Of a stretch of DNA of 64,000 nt, positions 12,701 to 25,972 are shown piece by piece. How positions within the stretch are numbered: the first letter of the stretch is position 1; every line of letters begins with the position of its first letter. Source of the stretch: Rhina ancylostomus (Eukaryota); contig JARFYF010000094.1 in assembly GCA_030265395.1 (NCBI GenBank), positions 33,350,865 through 33,414,864 of the forward strand. Direction: 5' to 3'. Below the pieces are notes generated by a model. It was not told where the DNA came from and made no database searches. It saw only the letters and a program-made list of their open reading frames with translations. Made by a program: the position numbers and the translations under genes.

Positions 12701-14063
12701 NNNNNNNNNNNNNNNNNATTCTTGTGCCTTCTGTTTCCCTCCCCCAGCAGCTCATCCTGCACTCACTCAGTCATGTAGAATTGTAAATGGAATAGCTCTT
12801 AATGCATCCATCACTGGGAATAAGTGGTTTGTGCAGAAGCCTTGAATTGAGAAATAAAGTCTTTTAGCAATGCTTACCATGAACTTTTGAAACTTGAATT
12901 AAGTTTAGAAAGCACCAAACACATAAAGCTGCATTCATGATGATCGCTTTAAAATGCTTGTTAAGGGGAAGAAGGGTGGGAGATGACATGTTGTGACTTC
13001 TAGTGTCAAAAGTGTTCATCCACACAATGCTAAAGAAAAGCAAAAGCCAAATCACTGAACTGCAAAATGCGAGCAGTGCTATCAGATCAGCTTTGCAAAC
13101 TGATTGCTGCCTTTATCCACTTGGTCTCTCTACATCTGGTGGATGTTCAGCAACATGGCTTGCAGTGCAATTCACCAACAATGGTGTGCTTGCTGCAGGT
13201 GACACCTTGGAGCTTTAAAGGCACTCTTGGTGCTCATAAAATGACACCATCGAGTCCAATTTCTCATTGAAATACTTCCATGAGAGCAAGATGTAGTCTT
13301 CATGATAGATTTCTTAAAATAACTTTATTCTCTTTTGAGTTTGCAATACTAGTGTAGGAATATTTCATTAAAAGTGCCCTCTTTGTTGACCTTAGCCACT
13401 AACAGAGTATCATGCTCAGTGAGAGAGGTAAATGAAAGCTTCATCCATATAAATAAACAGCACGTTCTGCACCAACATGATATCTTCTTTCTTTACTCTA
13501 CATGTTCCAGATGAGCAGGCACAGCTCCAGCACTTGTGGCATGTAGAAACTGTAGAATGAACTATGGCTTGTGGAGGGGACATGAAGAACAAGGACAGAG
13601 GCTGTAGCTTCTGTTTGCATTGCAAGGCAAACAGCCATTCTTTCATCTAATTAGTGGATCACATCTGAACATTTGCAGCACNNNNNNNNNNNNNNNNNNN
13701 NNNNNNNNNNNNNNNNNNNNNNNNNNNNNNNNNNNNNNNNNNNNNNNNNNNNNNNNNNNNNNNNNNNNNNNNNNNNNNNNNGCAGCACACTTATTTTAAA
13801 TGACAACATGATTATTTAGTGTTGTTATGCACTAGCAGTGTCGCATGTTTATACAATACAATAACGACACAGAAGAAAACACGCATTGTAATTACTTTTT
13901 TGAATGTTATATAGAGCAAAGGAGTTGAATTACGAGTTTTAGCATAAGTGCTGAGGTACCTGAGTATTTCTGGCAAACACCCCAAAGTCAGATGCAATGT
14001 CTTGTTTACTTTTAGTTACAGAATTACTGCAACTCTGTGAGGAACTGATCTAGAAATATTTCA

Positions 14064-14252
<189 letters not shown>

Positions 14253-14536
14253 TTAAATATCTAAGGAATAAATTCACTAACCTAACTTACCTTATTTCAA
14301 CATAAAGTGTGTTTTAATTTAAAAGAAAAAAATGCAAATTATAAGATTCAAAATATAGAGAAAAGACCTTTTTTTATATTTTTGTTTAAGCAATATGTCA
14401 GTACATTAAGATGCACAATACTTGGAAGCGCTTTAACATTTTGAGCCATATACTTTATCACATTGTTTATCAAGTTACAGATTAACTTAAGTTTGTGTTA
14501 AGAGTTAGGAAGCATTTGAATGTGAAGATGTTTTCA

Positions 14537-14677
<141 letters not shown>

Positions 14678-14756
14678 TTAAAATTATACTTTAATGATTA
14701 TTATATAGCAGGGAATTATTGTTGAAAGAAATATTTTATCAGATTTTCAATGTTTT

Positions 14757-15665
14757 GATTAAGTAATAGAGATGGTCAATGAGGAAAATGCAATTGATGT
14801 GGTATATATGGATTTGCTAGAGGTGCTTGATAAGGTGCCACATAATAAGCTTGTCACCATGATTCATGGCAATGAATAAAAGGAGATGTAGTTGCATGGA
14901 TAAAAAGAACCGGCAAAGAGACAGGAATCAGGGTAGTAATAGTAGTAACTAAAGGCTGGTTTTCGGACTGGACGGAGGTGCACATTGGGGTTCTTCCAGG
15001 TACCAGGACCACTGCTTTTGTTAATATATTAATGACATGGAGTTGAGTGCACAATGCACAATATCCAAATGAGCAGATGACACAAAACTTGGAAGCTTAA
15101 TGATAGATTTCAAGGACATACAGACTGACTGGGGTCTTGGAGCTTCTGTACACATTTCACTGAAACTGACAGGCTAGGTTGAGGAGGTAGTTAAAAAAAG
15201 CACATGGAATCCTCAGCTTTATAAATAGAAACACAGAGTGTACGAGTTAGGAGTCATGATGAGCCTTTGTCACAAGTATTGGATACGGTCCTCGGTCCCA
15301 CACTTTAGGAAAATGTAACAAGGTCCAGAGACGGTGCAGAAGAGAATTACCAAAATGATTCCAGAGATGTGGGACTTCATATGCGAACAGGGTGGAGAAG
15401 TTCTCCTTGGAAGAGAGGAGGTTTGCAAGGTAGTCTGGTAGAAGAATGAGGTCAAGAATGAAAAGACATAGAATGAAGAAAACTGGCCAAAGATCCAAAA
15501 GTGACACACAGAAAAATATTTTTAGCGGAGTGGCTAGGGTCTAGAATGCAGTAATAATGGAGGCAGGTTTGATGGTAGCGTTCAAAAGGAAGCCGGATAA
15601 GCAACTAAAGGAAAGAATTTGCAGGACTTTGAGAGATGGAAAAATAGAGCCAGTATAGAATAGCC
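14757..15665 (+). mobile_element. CR1 LINE fragment (RT domain to 3' end), degenerate
   Basis: Translates VNEENAIDVVYMDLLEVLDKVPHNKL (cf. DVVYMDFxKAFDKVPH) and ADDTKLG, followed by decayed C-terminal CR1 sequence. Confidence 0.8.
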
Positions 15666-15743
15666 ACCTGTGATTCTGTGATAATGGAAATATATAATGA
15701 ATATATTTTACACTTTGATAGTTACAGGAACAAAAGAACTCAC

Positions 15744-15945
15744 CTGAGGAAATTGGCACATTGTACTTGTCTGGGTACCGCCTACGGATGGGTCCCATGC
15801 TATGCATGCTGGTCGGGGTAATAACAGAGGGTCCCTGTGTGACAGGGGTAATAGGGGCTGTTGGCGTTGTAGGAGTGTGAGGTAAGCTCTGTGGAGAAGC
15901 CTCAGACGCAGTCTTTGACAACGTGACATTCGATACCAGGTTCAG
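15744..15945 (-). CDS. FOXP1: FOXP1 exon, CtBP motif and P/T-rich region ([67 protein letters not shown]-)
   Basis: Acceptor atctttgtAG, donor CAG|GTGAGT. 202 nt, phase 0 to 1. PLNLV (CtBP-binding) is formed across the junction with the previous exon; overlaps ORF 15541..15921. Confidence 0.96.
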
Positions 15946-18900
15946 CTACAAAGATAGTTTGAGGGGAAGATTTGGGTAATGGTGGAAAAAACACAGGAGA
16001 AAGGAGAAAGCTTTAACAGACTTGACAAATAACAGTGTGATTCACACCTACCACTGTGCTGCCACTAATAAGCTACAGAGGAAGCAGACAATCTCAGCTA
16101 ATTAAAAGATGAAATTGTATTGAAAGGATTCTAATTAGGTGATGCTTATGGAGGTGATCTAATGATTAAACACTGCATCAAAGTGACCCCATCATCAACC
16201 TATAGTGACACAAGATATCGGAAGAAATTTTTAAATCGAAACAGTAATTTTTTGAGGGGGAGGCAGTGATATTAGCAATAATAGCTATGAGGTAAACTAA
16301 TTAAATAGAGCTCTGAAGCCAGAATGGCTGAAAGCAGCTGTTCTGTTCTAGCTTGCAGCTGCAACTGTTCCAAATAAGCTCCAAATCTCAACAGAGGCAC
16401 TTCAGTCAACTGAAAAATTTCCGACTGACCTCTGCTCTTCCCATTAATTTGGAGAAAAAAAAACTAATGACACATATACATATTCCCACAAAATTGTTCT
16501 AATTGCTAATTTAACAAAGAAGCAGAGTTTCTAAATTAAATAGGACTGCAATCGGTAGGAAAGAAAGCACCAATATAGGCATCGTGGGGAATGGTGTTGC
16601 ATTTGTGACAATCACTTGCGAATTGTGTTAACAAATTAATGGAATGTCAACTCTGTCAATTGCTTTAGAAGTGTCACTTTTCAATTTTTTTTTGATAACG
16701 GCATCAATTACTGCTGATGAGATTCAGCCTCAGTAGCAAAGGAGGCAGAAGGGTTCAGGTGAAAAGTGTATCACCCATATTTAACACCTCACCCTTCCGT
16801 GCATCCTTGTTCACAAGTTCTCCAATTACTAGAGTCCTGCTAATAGTCATTATCTGGAGGCCTTGCACTTGCTTACTTTAAAACACCACACAATTACAGA
16901 ATTCCATCACAGATCAGGCCTATTAAACAACCTTTACAAACACAAGTGAAGAAATACGAAGGCAAACAGACATCGTTTAGTTTAGTAATTTTCAAGCTAT
17001 TTGGTTTTCTTTCCCATCTCTTGCTCACTGAACAGTAAATAGAATCTTAATCATAAATCTTGTCTGCTATCAAATATTAAGAGTAAGGAAGCATGATGTA
17101 ATTATATAAATCCAAGATATGTGATCTACAAAAACAAACAAAAATAATCTTCATAACATGCCATAAAAAATCTAATGCATATTTAACTAACAAAGGCCAT
17201 TATGTTTTTGCAATAGATACATTCTCTAGCAAAGAATAAGTAACGCAATATGATATTGTGTTCACTGAATGGATATTAGGATATTTTAAAATGTGTGTCA
17301 TGTAAAAAGCTGCTGGAACATGGGAATGCACCAAAACACTCTTTCACCCAACCAGAACCTCAGATACTCAATGTGCATGTAAATTGAATACATAAAACAT
17401 GATCCAATCTTTCCACAATAGTTTCTGGTTAAGTATCAAGACTTTAAGACAGGTCACTATACGCATCCAGAAGTTGTTTATCCTCTTGCTATTTTCAAGA
17501 CCATCAGAAGTAACACTTATTTTTTAATTGACATTTAGAAATCCGCCCCTACTTAGTATTGTTAATGGTACTATAGAGAAGCAAAAGGAGATTGTGTTCT
17601 GCCTCCAAAATTTAGTTCTAATGTGTTTGGTGCAACAAATTTGTCACTACAATGTGGCATGTTTAATGCTACTAGACTGGGTTAAATTTCTAGCAAATTT
17701 ATTTGAGTTAAGTTTGACATTAATTTTTTTTATATTTTATACTTTTATTCCTAATCTCTACGTGCAAGAGATTTTTGTTTAAAACCAAAACTGGTCACTA
17801 TCAAAATTAACAGAATCTAAGTAGCGTGACTTCGATTTAAAACAGTGCATTTCAGGTATTGCCTTGACAGCACTTAGTATTAAAAATATACATTTCATCA
17901 AGGCTCATATACACTGCATTGAACTTATTTCCATCAATGTAGCAAACTTATTTGGCAATGAATTAGCCGTGAAGACAAAATACTGCACATTGCTCCCTCC
18001 AGCAGAAACAGCTCCACAAGCCTAATTTTTATATTGATCACCTTCTAGGTGCTGTTGAACAGGTTTAAAAGTGCCTTAAACTGTTCATAAATCCCAAACA
18101 AACATTTTTTTACCCATTGTTTTTCTTATTAACTATGTGAAATGAGAAATTTATAACAGCACCACATCTAATGGAAACACCTTACAAAGTGCAATGTTAA
18201 TTTTGGTCTGTCTGTAAACTGCCAGGTTGAATAAAGCAGTAATTTGCAAACTGAAATCTCTTAACAACAAAAATTGGTATTCTCAGCTTGCTTTAAAGAT
18301 AGCACTTAATGATGCATAATTCTACTAATAAACAGTACGCTCACATTCTGACATCTGTTACCCAGCACAATGATTAATTATCAGAGCCCTCTTCTCCTCA
18401 GTAATAAGACAATATTAATATTTATCAATTGCATGGGTTATTCTGTTTGTCATCAGAAAATAATTACCAGGTTACCAAGCAAGCAAGCTCACGTTCACCA
18501 GATATGAAATGCAGGTTAACTTTTTTTTCCCCACAATGCCAGCTGAAATTAGGACATCAACCTCAAATTTTACAAAACAAAAGATAACAAAACAATGAAT
18601 GCTCCACTTATACTGTAAAGTGTTCTGGACCACGACTTACAAAGACATTTTAGTCTTTCAATGTAAAATAGCTTTGAAACCCAGGTGTACTTTCCGTATG
18701 ATGTCTAGCATATTTGCTAAAATAAATAAGTTGAAAGAAAATCTTGGGAAAGAATACAGACTTAAACAGTAAATCACTTTCATATATAGGTGAGATTTTC
18801 AAAGTGTCTAAAACAACGGTACAAATAAACTCTGCTTTTGACAAGAGAAAACCTAGGTTGAGTGGCTGTTGTTGCTCTACATTAAAAATTCCAGTCTTTG

Positions 18901-21900
18901 AGTACAATCTAAGCTATGCAACATTTTACTATATATGCATTTGTTTCATTTCCAGTGGTGTATGACTTGCCCTCCATTATTTCTGCTTAAACTACTTTTT
19001 CAACACTCATGTCAGATGCCATTGAAAAGCTGTCATTCAAAGAGCTGCTCAATTTCTAAGCAGAGCTCACAGTTCTGAATCTTGAAACTGTCTGTTACTC
19101 AAATTTGCTTGGCTTGGTTGGATGAGCTAACAACATCTCTCAGCCAAACCAGTAGAAAAAGCACCACAATGTAACAAAGGTACTTTTTCATGGAAAGAGG
19201 TTGGGGAAATTGAGAGAACATGACCCACTCAAATCTTTCACACTATAACCCAATCATTTTAGCTGCTCAAGGAGAAGCACTGATAATCCATGTGAGTAAA
19301 ACTACTGTCCAAAGTCAATTTTCTGGCTGGAGTTGATGGAAGCTGGATCAAGGGAAATGTAAGAGAAAATATATTTTCAAAATCTATAACCAAAATCATT
19401 TAAGCTCATTGTAAGGAAAAAATTTTATCAAGCTGATAATTCCAAATGGTCTGCGATTTAGATATAACTACACATTGAGATGCAGTAAATGTAGATTTGG
19501 TTGTAAAAACATTTAATTCAATCGTGAAATTATCTTTATTTTTCTCATTAAAACTTCTGTACATGTTCTGAATTGGCATTTTGAAATATCACATGAGAGT
19601 TCCCGATCCTTCACCCGGGGTTTTCAGATCAGAGCTGTAATAAACTAGCTCTATTTCAACTGGGCATTTCATTAAACTAGAATTGGTTCAGCAAAACAAC
19701 ATTACAAGTGTAAAAGCGATTATGATGGAACCACCTACTCTGACCATAGCTGTCAGTGGTTGGGATTGCTGAGCAGCTACTCTGAATTCTGCATATTCCC
19801 CAAGACAATTTTACTGGTCTTCTCCCAGATAAAATCATTTACATATTCTATTTATAATTTTTGTTACTTTCTACTTAGAAACAGAACATTCTACTATGCT
19901 ATCTCAAACATGCCTTCGAAGAAAACTAACTAACGTTGGCCAAACCACTACTCCCCCACAATAAAAACAAAGTCCAAATAAATAGTAACATAAAATGTTT
20001 CTGAATAGAAACTTATGATTAGGAAAAAGCAAGTCATTGAAGAGAAACTGCAGTGGTGTGAGAGCTTATAATGTAAAGTTAAGCAAAATCCATCATCACT
20101 AATGTTTGAGATGAAAATGAGTACATTAAATCTTACAGAGAAAACATAATATACTTACAAAAATTATACAGAAACGTAATGCTCAATAGTCTGGTACATT
20201 TTTGATCTCACTTAAAATCCACACTAAACATGGGCATTGCTATTTAAAATCTAGTACCAAAGGTACTTGATAAATTTTAATGAAAATGATCTTTATTTGC
20301 TACTTGGATATTAACATTTATGTTATATTCAAGTATAAAGTAGTCTTTTCTGGAGAAAACCATTCTTTTCATGTTCTTTAAAACAATTTAACATGCAAGT
20401 TTCTAATCCAGATTTATTGACCTACCAATCATTCCAGTTACCAAACTTACTGATTGGCCCGAAATTCCCCTACAACATCCTTCCACCAATCATCACCCTG
20501 ATGACCCTTTTGATCATCTGCCTGTCCCCAATCGTCACATTTCCTATTCTAGATTGTCTTCCCTAACTGCTCAACATCTGCCCAACATCCACCATGATAT
20601 ACTTTCTGACAGCTTTCACCTCAGCCTTCCAGTCCTTCTCTCCAACTCTCTTTTTCCAAACTACCCACCCTCTCCAATGCCAGGAGATTGTGGAGCAAAA
20701 GCCTATTCTGCCGCGCACAGCACTTCGGACCTTGTGTACTGTTGTGTATGCAAGTCTCTCTTTCACTTTTGCATCCCTTCAATGATCATCTGAGGGTTGC
20801 CACAGTTAAATTTTGTCTGCAAGCCGCAGTTTGGTTTAAATCAAGCCATGCTTGATTTAAGCCATAAACTAGGAATAAGGTGCCCATAANNNNNNNNNGA
20901 GCATCTTGCACGAGGTCTCTTGTAATCTTTCCAAAAAAACAAAGCAACCCTAATGATGGTAGCCAAAAGCCCTTTCTAAAAAGCTTTACGATTTTCTTAT
21001 AGCTACAAGTCATGTGACTTCCTAAATATAATGAAGGATTATACCATAATGAGAATAGAAATTGTTGTTGTTTGGAATTTAGGAGAACAACTACTTTGAA
21101 GTTATTCTTTGCTAATCCTCCATCATTGCTGGTTAAGCAATTGAAGTGCTATAAATTACTGGGACATGAACCAAAAGCTGAGAAGATGGATGGGTCTAAG
21201 TAAGCCTTGTTTGGAGTGAATGGACATGATTTGTGTAAACTTCTGTGATTTTTGCTCCCTTGTTTGGATACCATATTCATCAGGTGCTGAATAGTCAGAA
21301 CATAAGAAATAGTAAATGGTTAAATTTGAAATTTTGCTGAAAATTGCATTAAATGAACTTTTCTCATATAACTAAATTTAACATAAAAAATTTATGAGAC
21401 ATTATAGGAGATTCCAAACTGTATTCCATTATAACAATGCAAAGAATGCCAGAGAATAAATTTATAGAAAGTAGCACATGGTTAAAAACGATAAAGGGAA
21501 AATTGATAGAAATGCCTTTTGTAGAAAAAAACATTCAAGTCAAATTTAAAGAAAAACTAAATCAAAGGTTCAGTTTTTACATAACCACATAAATAAAAGG
21601 GAAAGGATCATTGAAAACAGAAATTTCTAACTAACAATTAATTATTGTCATGTGATAAAAGGCATTAAGTTTCTGCATTTTTGCTGATAATTGCATTTAA
21701 TAACCTTTTGTCATTCAACTGTAAAGTTAACACAATATCTTATGAAACATTAAGGGACAAACCTAAAGTGTATTAGGTTATGGCATTGCTTTTTCTGTCC
21801 ATTCTCTGACATTCCTTGCAATGCTATAGGTTGATTCTATCATTTCTGCACAAGGCTCACATGACTTGATATGTATCACATTTGTAAATTACCCATTTGA

Positions 21901-22904
21901 ATGTTTTATTTTAAAATAATTTTGTGTTTCTCCTTAATGTTTAAACATATAACTTTAATGAACCATGAAGATTACAAAACAATTAAAGAAAATAAATGTA
22001 TCTTGTACACTATTCTCAATTTTTTTTTACTGATGCTTTGCTCTTACTATTTTTTTTCGACACTTGTAAGATTAATAATGAAATATTCTCTTGCAGGCAT
22101 CATATTTACACACAGAATCAAATTTAATGGGTTACACATTATACTGGAATATTTATACTATTATTAAAATATGATTCTTGACATAGATTATACAAAAATA
22201 TTTTCCTAATTATGACTAGTACCAAGACACAGTATGCATCTTTTACTCTGTCCTCAATTAGAGAACTACTATGTGCAGATGAGCCACTACCTTGTCGTTA
22301 TCCAGCATCAACACATATTGACTGAAGTTGCAAGTGGCAACTAAAGGCCCAGTCATGCTCAATTAATTCTCATATATTGATGTTGAATGATACTGCTGCT
22401 GGCTGGATACCTTCAGAGACTGCATAATACGTGTTTCAAGCAAGAAATAAGGTAATCTTTCCACTGTAATTGATTCGTTCATTTACAGAATTACAGGAGT
22501 GTAGCAGAATAATGATCATGATGTAATCTGCCACCTGTTAACATTAAGTGGAATGACCTTTTGTATGAACACTATTAGAAGTTTATTGAACTCCATGGTA
22601 AATCCCCATTATACCTTGCTGGCTTTTGTTTTATCTTCTGCTCTGGGCCAAGAACAGTGGTTCATTCCTTTTCATTGGCCCAGTTCACGTTCCTCTTCAG
22701 CTAGTAGTTTCAGACAGGAGTGCCACCTGACAACAATGCTCCCATCAGTGTACTCCTGCCTTCTGCACTTACAAAGCAGTGTAGAAGTACAGAATATGCT
22801 AGAGGTCAGATGCCATCTGAGTCCAGTGACAGAGGTGACGGGTTGGATACACTTCATGGCTGGCCAGTCAGCTTTACTATCACCTCATTTACCCAGTCAA
22901 CCCA

Positions 22905-23285
22905 ATAAAAACATAAGGAACAGAAGCAAGTGAAGCCTATTTGTCCCTTCACAGCTGCTTCACTTTTCAATACTATCATGGTTGATGTTCTGCCTCAGTG
23001 CCAGTTTTCTGCACTAACTCTACATTTGTTAATTTCCTTATTATCAAGAACTCTGTTGATCTCCATCTTGCATGCACTGAATGACTCAGCTTCCACAGCC
23101 CCCTGAGGTAGTGATTTCCACAGATTCACTATCTCTTTGTGAAGAAATTTCTTCTCATTTTCCTGGATGGCCACCCTCTTACTTTGAGACTGTGATCCCT
23201 AGTGCTAGATGCCCCAACCAGAAGAAACATCAGCTACACATCTACCCTGTCAAACCCTTCAAGGACATTGCACGTTTCAATGAGA
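22905..23285 (-). mobile_element. CR1 LINE 3' end fragment
   Basis: Typical reverse-oriented CR1 3' sequence (ttccacagattcactatctctttgtgaagaaatttcttctcat ... ccctagtgctaga ... catctaccctgtcaaaccc). Confidence 0.7.
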
Positions 23286-25008
23286 AGAAAATTGAATGGG
23301 GTTGCTGAACTTGGTGGAAAAGGTAGATAGTTCAGTTCTCTTTATTTTTTTAAAATTAAGCAGTTAAAGATATATTTAAATACATTTACTATTTCTAATA
23401 GTTCTCACATTTTTAATTATTTATAGCCATCTCATCAACTTTTAAATGTCAGAAGGTCACTGTCTCAGCATCCACTGCCTGAGGTTGTTGCCACTTGCGG
23501 ACCATTCTACTTTGCGAAATGACTGCAGTAATGAGGACTCCAGTCCAATTGGACACATGGACTCACAAAAAGGTATTGTGGTAAGAGGAGTCATGCATAT
23601 AGAGCAGAGGGTGTGGCTAAACGTGAGGCATAGACAGGATCCAGCATGATCCTGCCCACTGCATTTTGGGAATCATTAGATATGTGTGCATATACACAAA
23701 AAATATATATGCATGGTATAACATTTTGCTGTAAGGTCACAAATTATTTATTTACCTTATTCTTTGGAATGGCCGAGCACAGCTCCTTGATTTTAGGCAT
23801 CAGAAAAATCTTAGAAAAAAGAATTAAAAATTGTATTTTCACTTTTTTTCCTCATTTCCAAAAGACTATTTTTTTCCTTTCTACCACTGGAATATTTTGA
23901 AAATATGTTTTCTTTTTTTTGACAAAGAGGGTCAAATAGACTTTTCTATGAATGCTATTTGCATCACTCTATGATCAAATAATAGGAAACACTCTATCGG
24001 CTAAGTAGTGCCTAGAAATTGGACCCATTTGTGAAGTTTTTTATGCAAGAATTGCACTTAAGAGCCATCTCCCGCATGTTAAATGGTGTTAGTGATCTTT
24101 TCCAGGTTGATTAGCAACAGTTGGGAAATTGGTCTAGGCAATTCCAGGACAGATTCACTTTAATGTATCTAATGCACATCTAATCATGCTTTCTGATGCA
24201 GTGGCTGTCTCTACGTTACTATTAAAGTTGTGATCCAAGGCCCCCACTTTTCTCTCACAGTGAAAACAGGGAACAAATTTTGCACCATCAGCAAAGTGAC
24301 ATTAAGTAAAAGATTCCCACTGCAAAATCAATGTTTTTCCACCTTTTTGATTTCACCGTGCTCCGCTTTTGTCTGCAAGTATCACTGACAAAAACTGCAG
24401 CACCTCTACTTTATGCAGCTCACTCAGCGCACGATCCNNNNNNNNNNNNNNNNNNNNNNNNNNNNNNNNNNNNNNNNNNNNNNNNNNNNNNNNNNNNNNN
24501 NNNNNNNNNNNNNNNNNNNNNNNNNNNNNNNNNNNNNNNNNNNNNNNNNNNNNNNNNNNNNNNNNNNNNNNNNNNNNNNNNNNNNNNNNNNNNNNNNNTG
24601 GCAGCTGTGAGAACATTCTTTGAGAGTTGACTCACTTCCGAGTCAATACTATATCAACGACACGTTCTGCAGGCAGCTGCCATCCAGAAACATGTAGGTA
24701 AAGTTTTTGCATGTGATCCTGGTTGAAAATAATTTTAATATTTTAAATCAGGTTTTTCATTGGATCTCCCATTTTAAGGGGTTACATGGTTAGGCAGTAA
24801 TTCTACAGTGGCACATTTACAAAAGGGTGGATTCCAATTTTCAGCAGAAGTGTGCAAATATTCAAAAATATTTGAATTGGATATCTAGAGTGCCAGGAGA
24901 ATTATTAAAAATAAAAGCAAGAGCTGGTATAACTTATCCAATGGAAGTCAATATAGTTAATATTGATGAGGGGAGTTTAACTTGAAATTTGTAGTTAAGA
25001 TTGTAATA

Positions 25009-25127
25009 CAGTGGCATGCAAAAGTTTGGGCACCCCTGGTCAAAATTTCTATTACTGTGAATAGTTAAGTGAGTAAAAGATAACCTGATTTCCAAAAGGC
25101 ATAAAATTAAAGATGACACATTTCTTT
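25009..25127. mobile_element. Tc1/mariner-type terminal repeat end
   Basis: TA at 25007-25008 followed by CAGTGGCATGCAAAAGTTTGGGCACCCCT, a typical Tc1 terminus; runs into an N gap; no second terminus found. Confidence 0.65.
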
Positions 25128-25641
25128 NNNNNNNNNNNNNNNNNNNNNNNNNNNNNNNNNNNNNNNNNNNNNNNNNNNNNNNNNNNNNNNNNNNNNNNNN
25201 NNNNNNNNNNNNNNNNNNNNNNNNNNNTTGCACTGTACTGCTGCCACAATACAACAAATTTCACGACAGATGTCAGTGTTTCTGATTATCCTTCAAGGCA
25301 AAAGAGAGAAGTGATCTGCCAGAGGGTATCAAGAGAAGTTAAAAACACTGTTAGATCAAAGGAAAATATTTATAATGTTGTCAAAAAGTATATCAGAGGA
25401 TTGCAAGAATTTTAGAATTTAACAAAGGAGAACAAAGGCAGTCAGGATGGAAGGAAAAATACAATGTGAGAATAGGCTAGCAAGAGACATAGAGATGAGT
25501 TGTAAACGAGCTTCTATAGCTACCTGGAAAGGAAAAGATCGGCAGAAGTTGCAAACTGAGATGAGAAAAAATATATTGGAAATGGTAGAGAAATTATACA
25601 AAAACTTTGTGTTTGGAAGAAATCACAGCGAATGTACAATA

Positions 25642-25972
25642 ACATGGACTCTTGACCTCACAATCTACCTCGTTATGACCTTGCACCTTATTGTTTACCT
25701 GCACTGCACTTTCTCCGTTACTGTTTTCTGCATTCTGTTATTGTTATCAGTCCTGATGAAGGGTCTCGGCCCAAAACATTGACTATTAATTTCCCTCCAT
25801 AGATGCTGCCTGACCCACTGAGTTCCTCCAGCATTTTGTGTGTTGCTTCTGTTACTGTTTCACCTTGCACTACCTCAGTGCATGTTGTAATGAATTGATC
25901 TGTATGAACGGTATGCAAGACAAGTTTTTCAGTGTACCTCAGTACATGTGACGATAATAAACCAATTTACCA
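25642..25972 (+). mobile_element. Rex1/Babar-like LINE 3' UTR
   Basis: Reverse-complement match to 43215-43445 within the window (atggactcttgacctcaca...tgcactgcact...gaattgatctgtatgaac...gcaagacaag...gtacctc...aataaaccaat). Confidence 0.75.
25746..25846 (+). mobile_element. Penelope-like terminal fragment inserted into the LINE tail
   Basis: cctgatgaagggtctcggcccaaaacattgac...gatgctgcctgacccactgagttcctccagcattttgtgtgttgc; absent from the sister copy at 43215-43445; flanked by TTCTGTTA(T/C)TGTT repeats. Confidence 0.65.
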
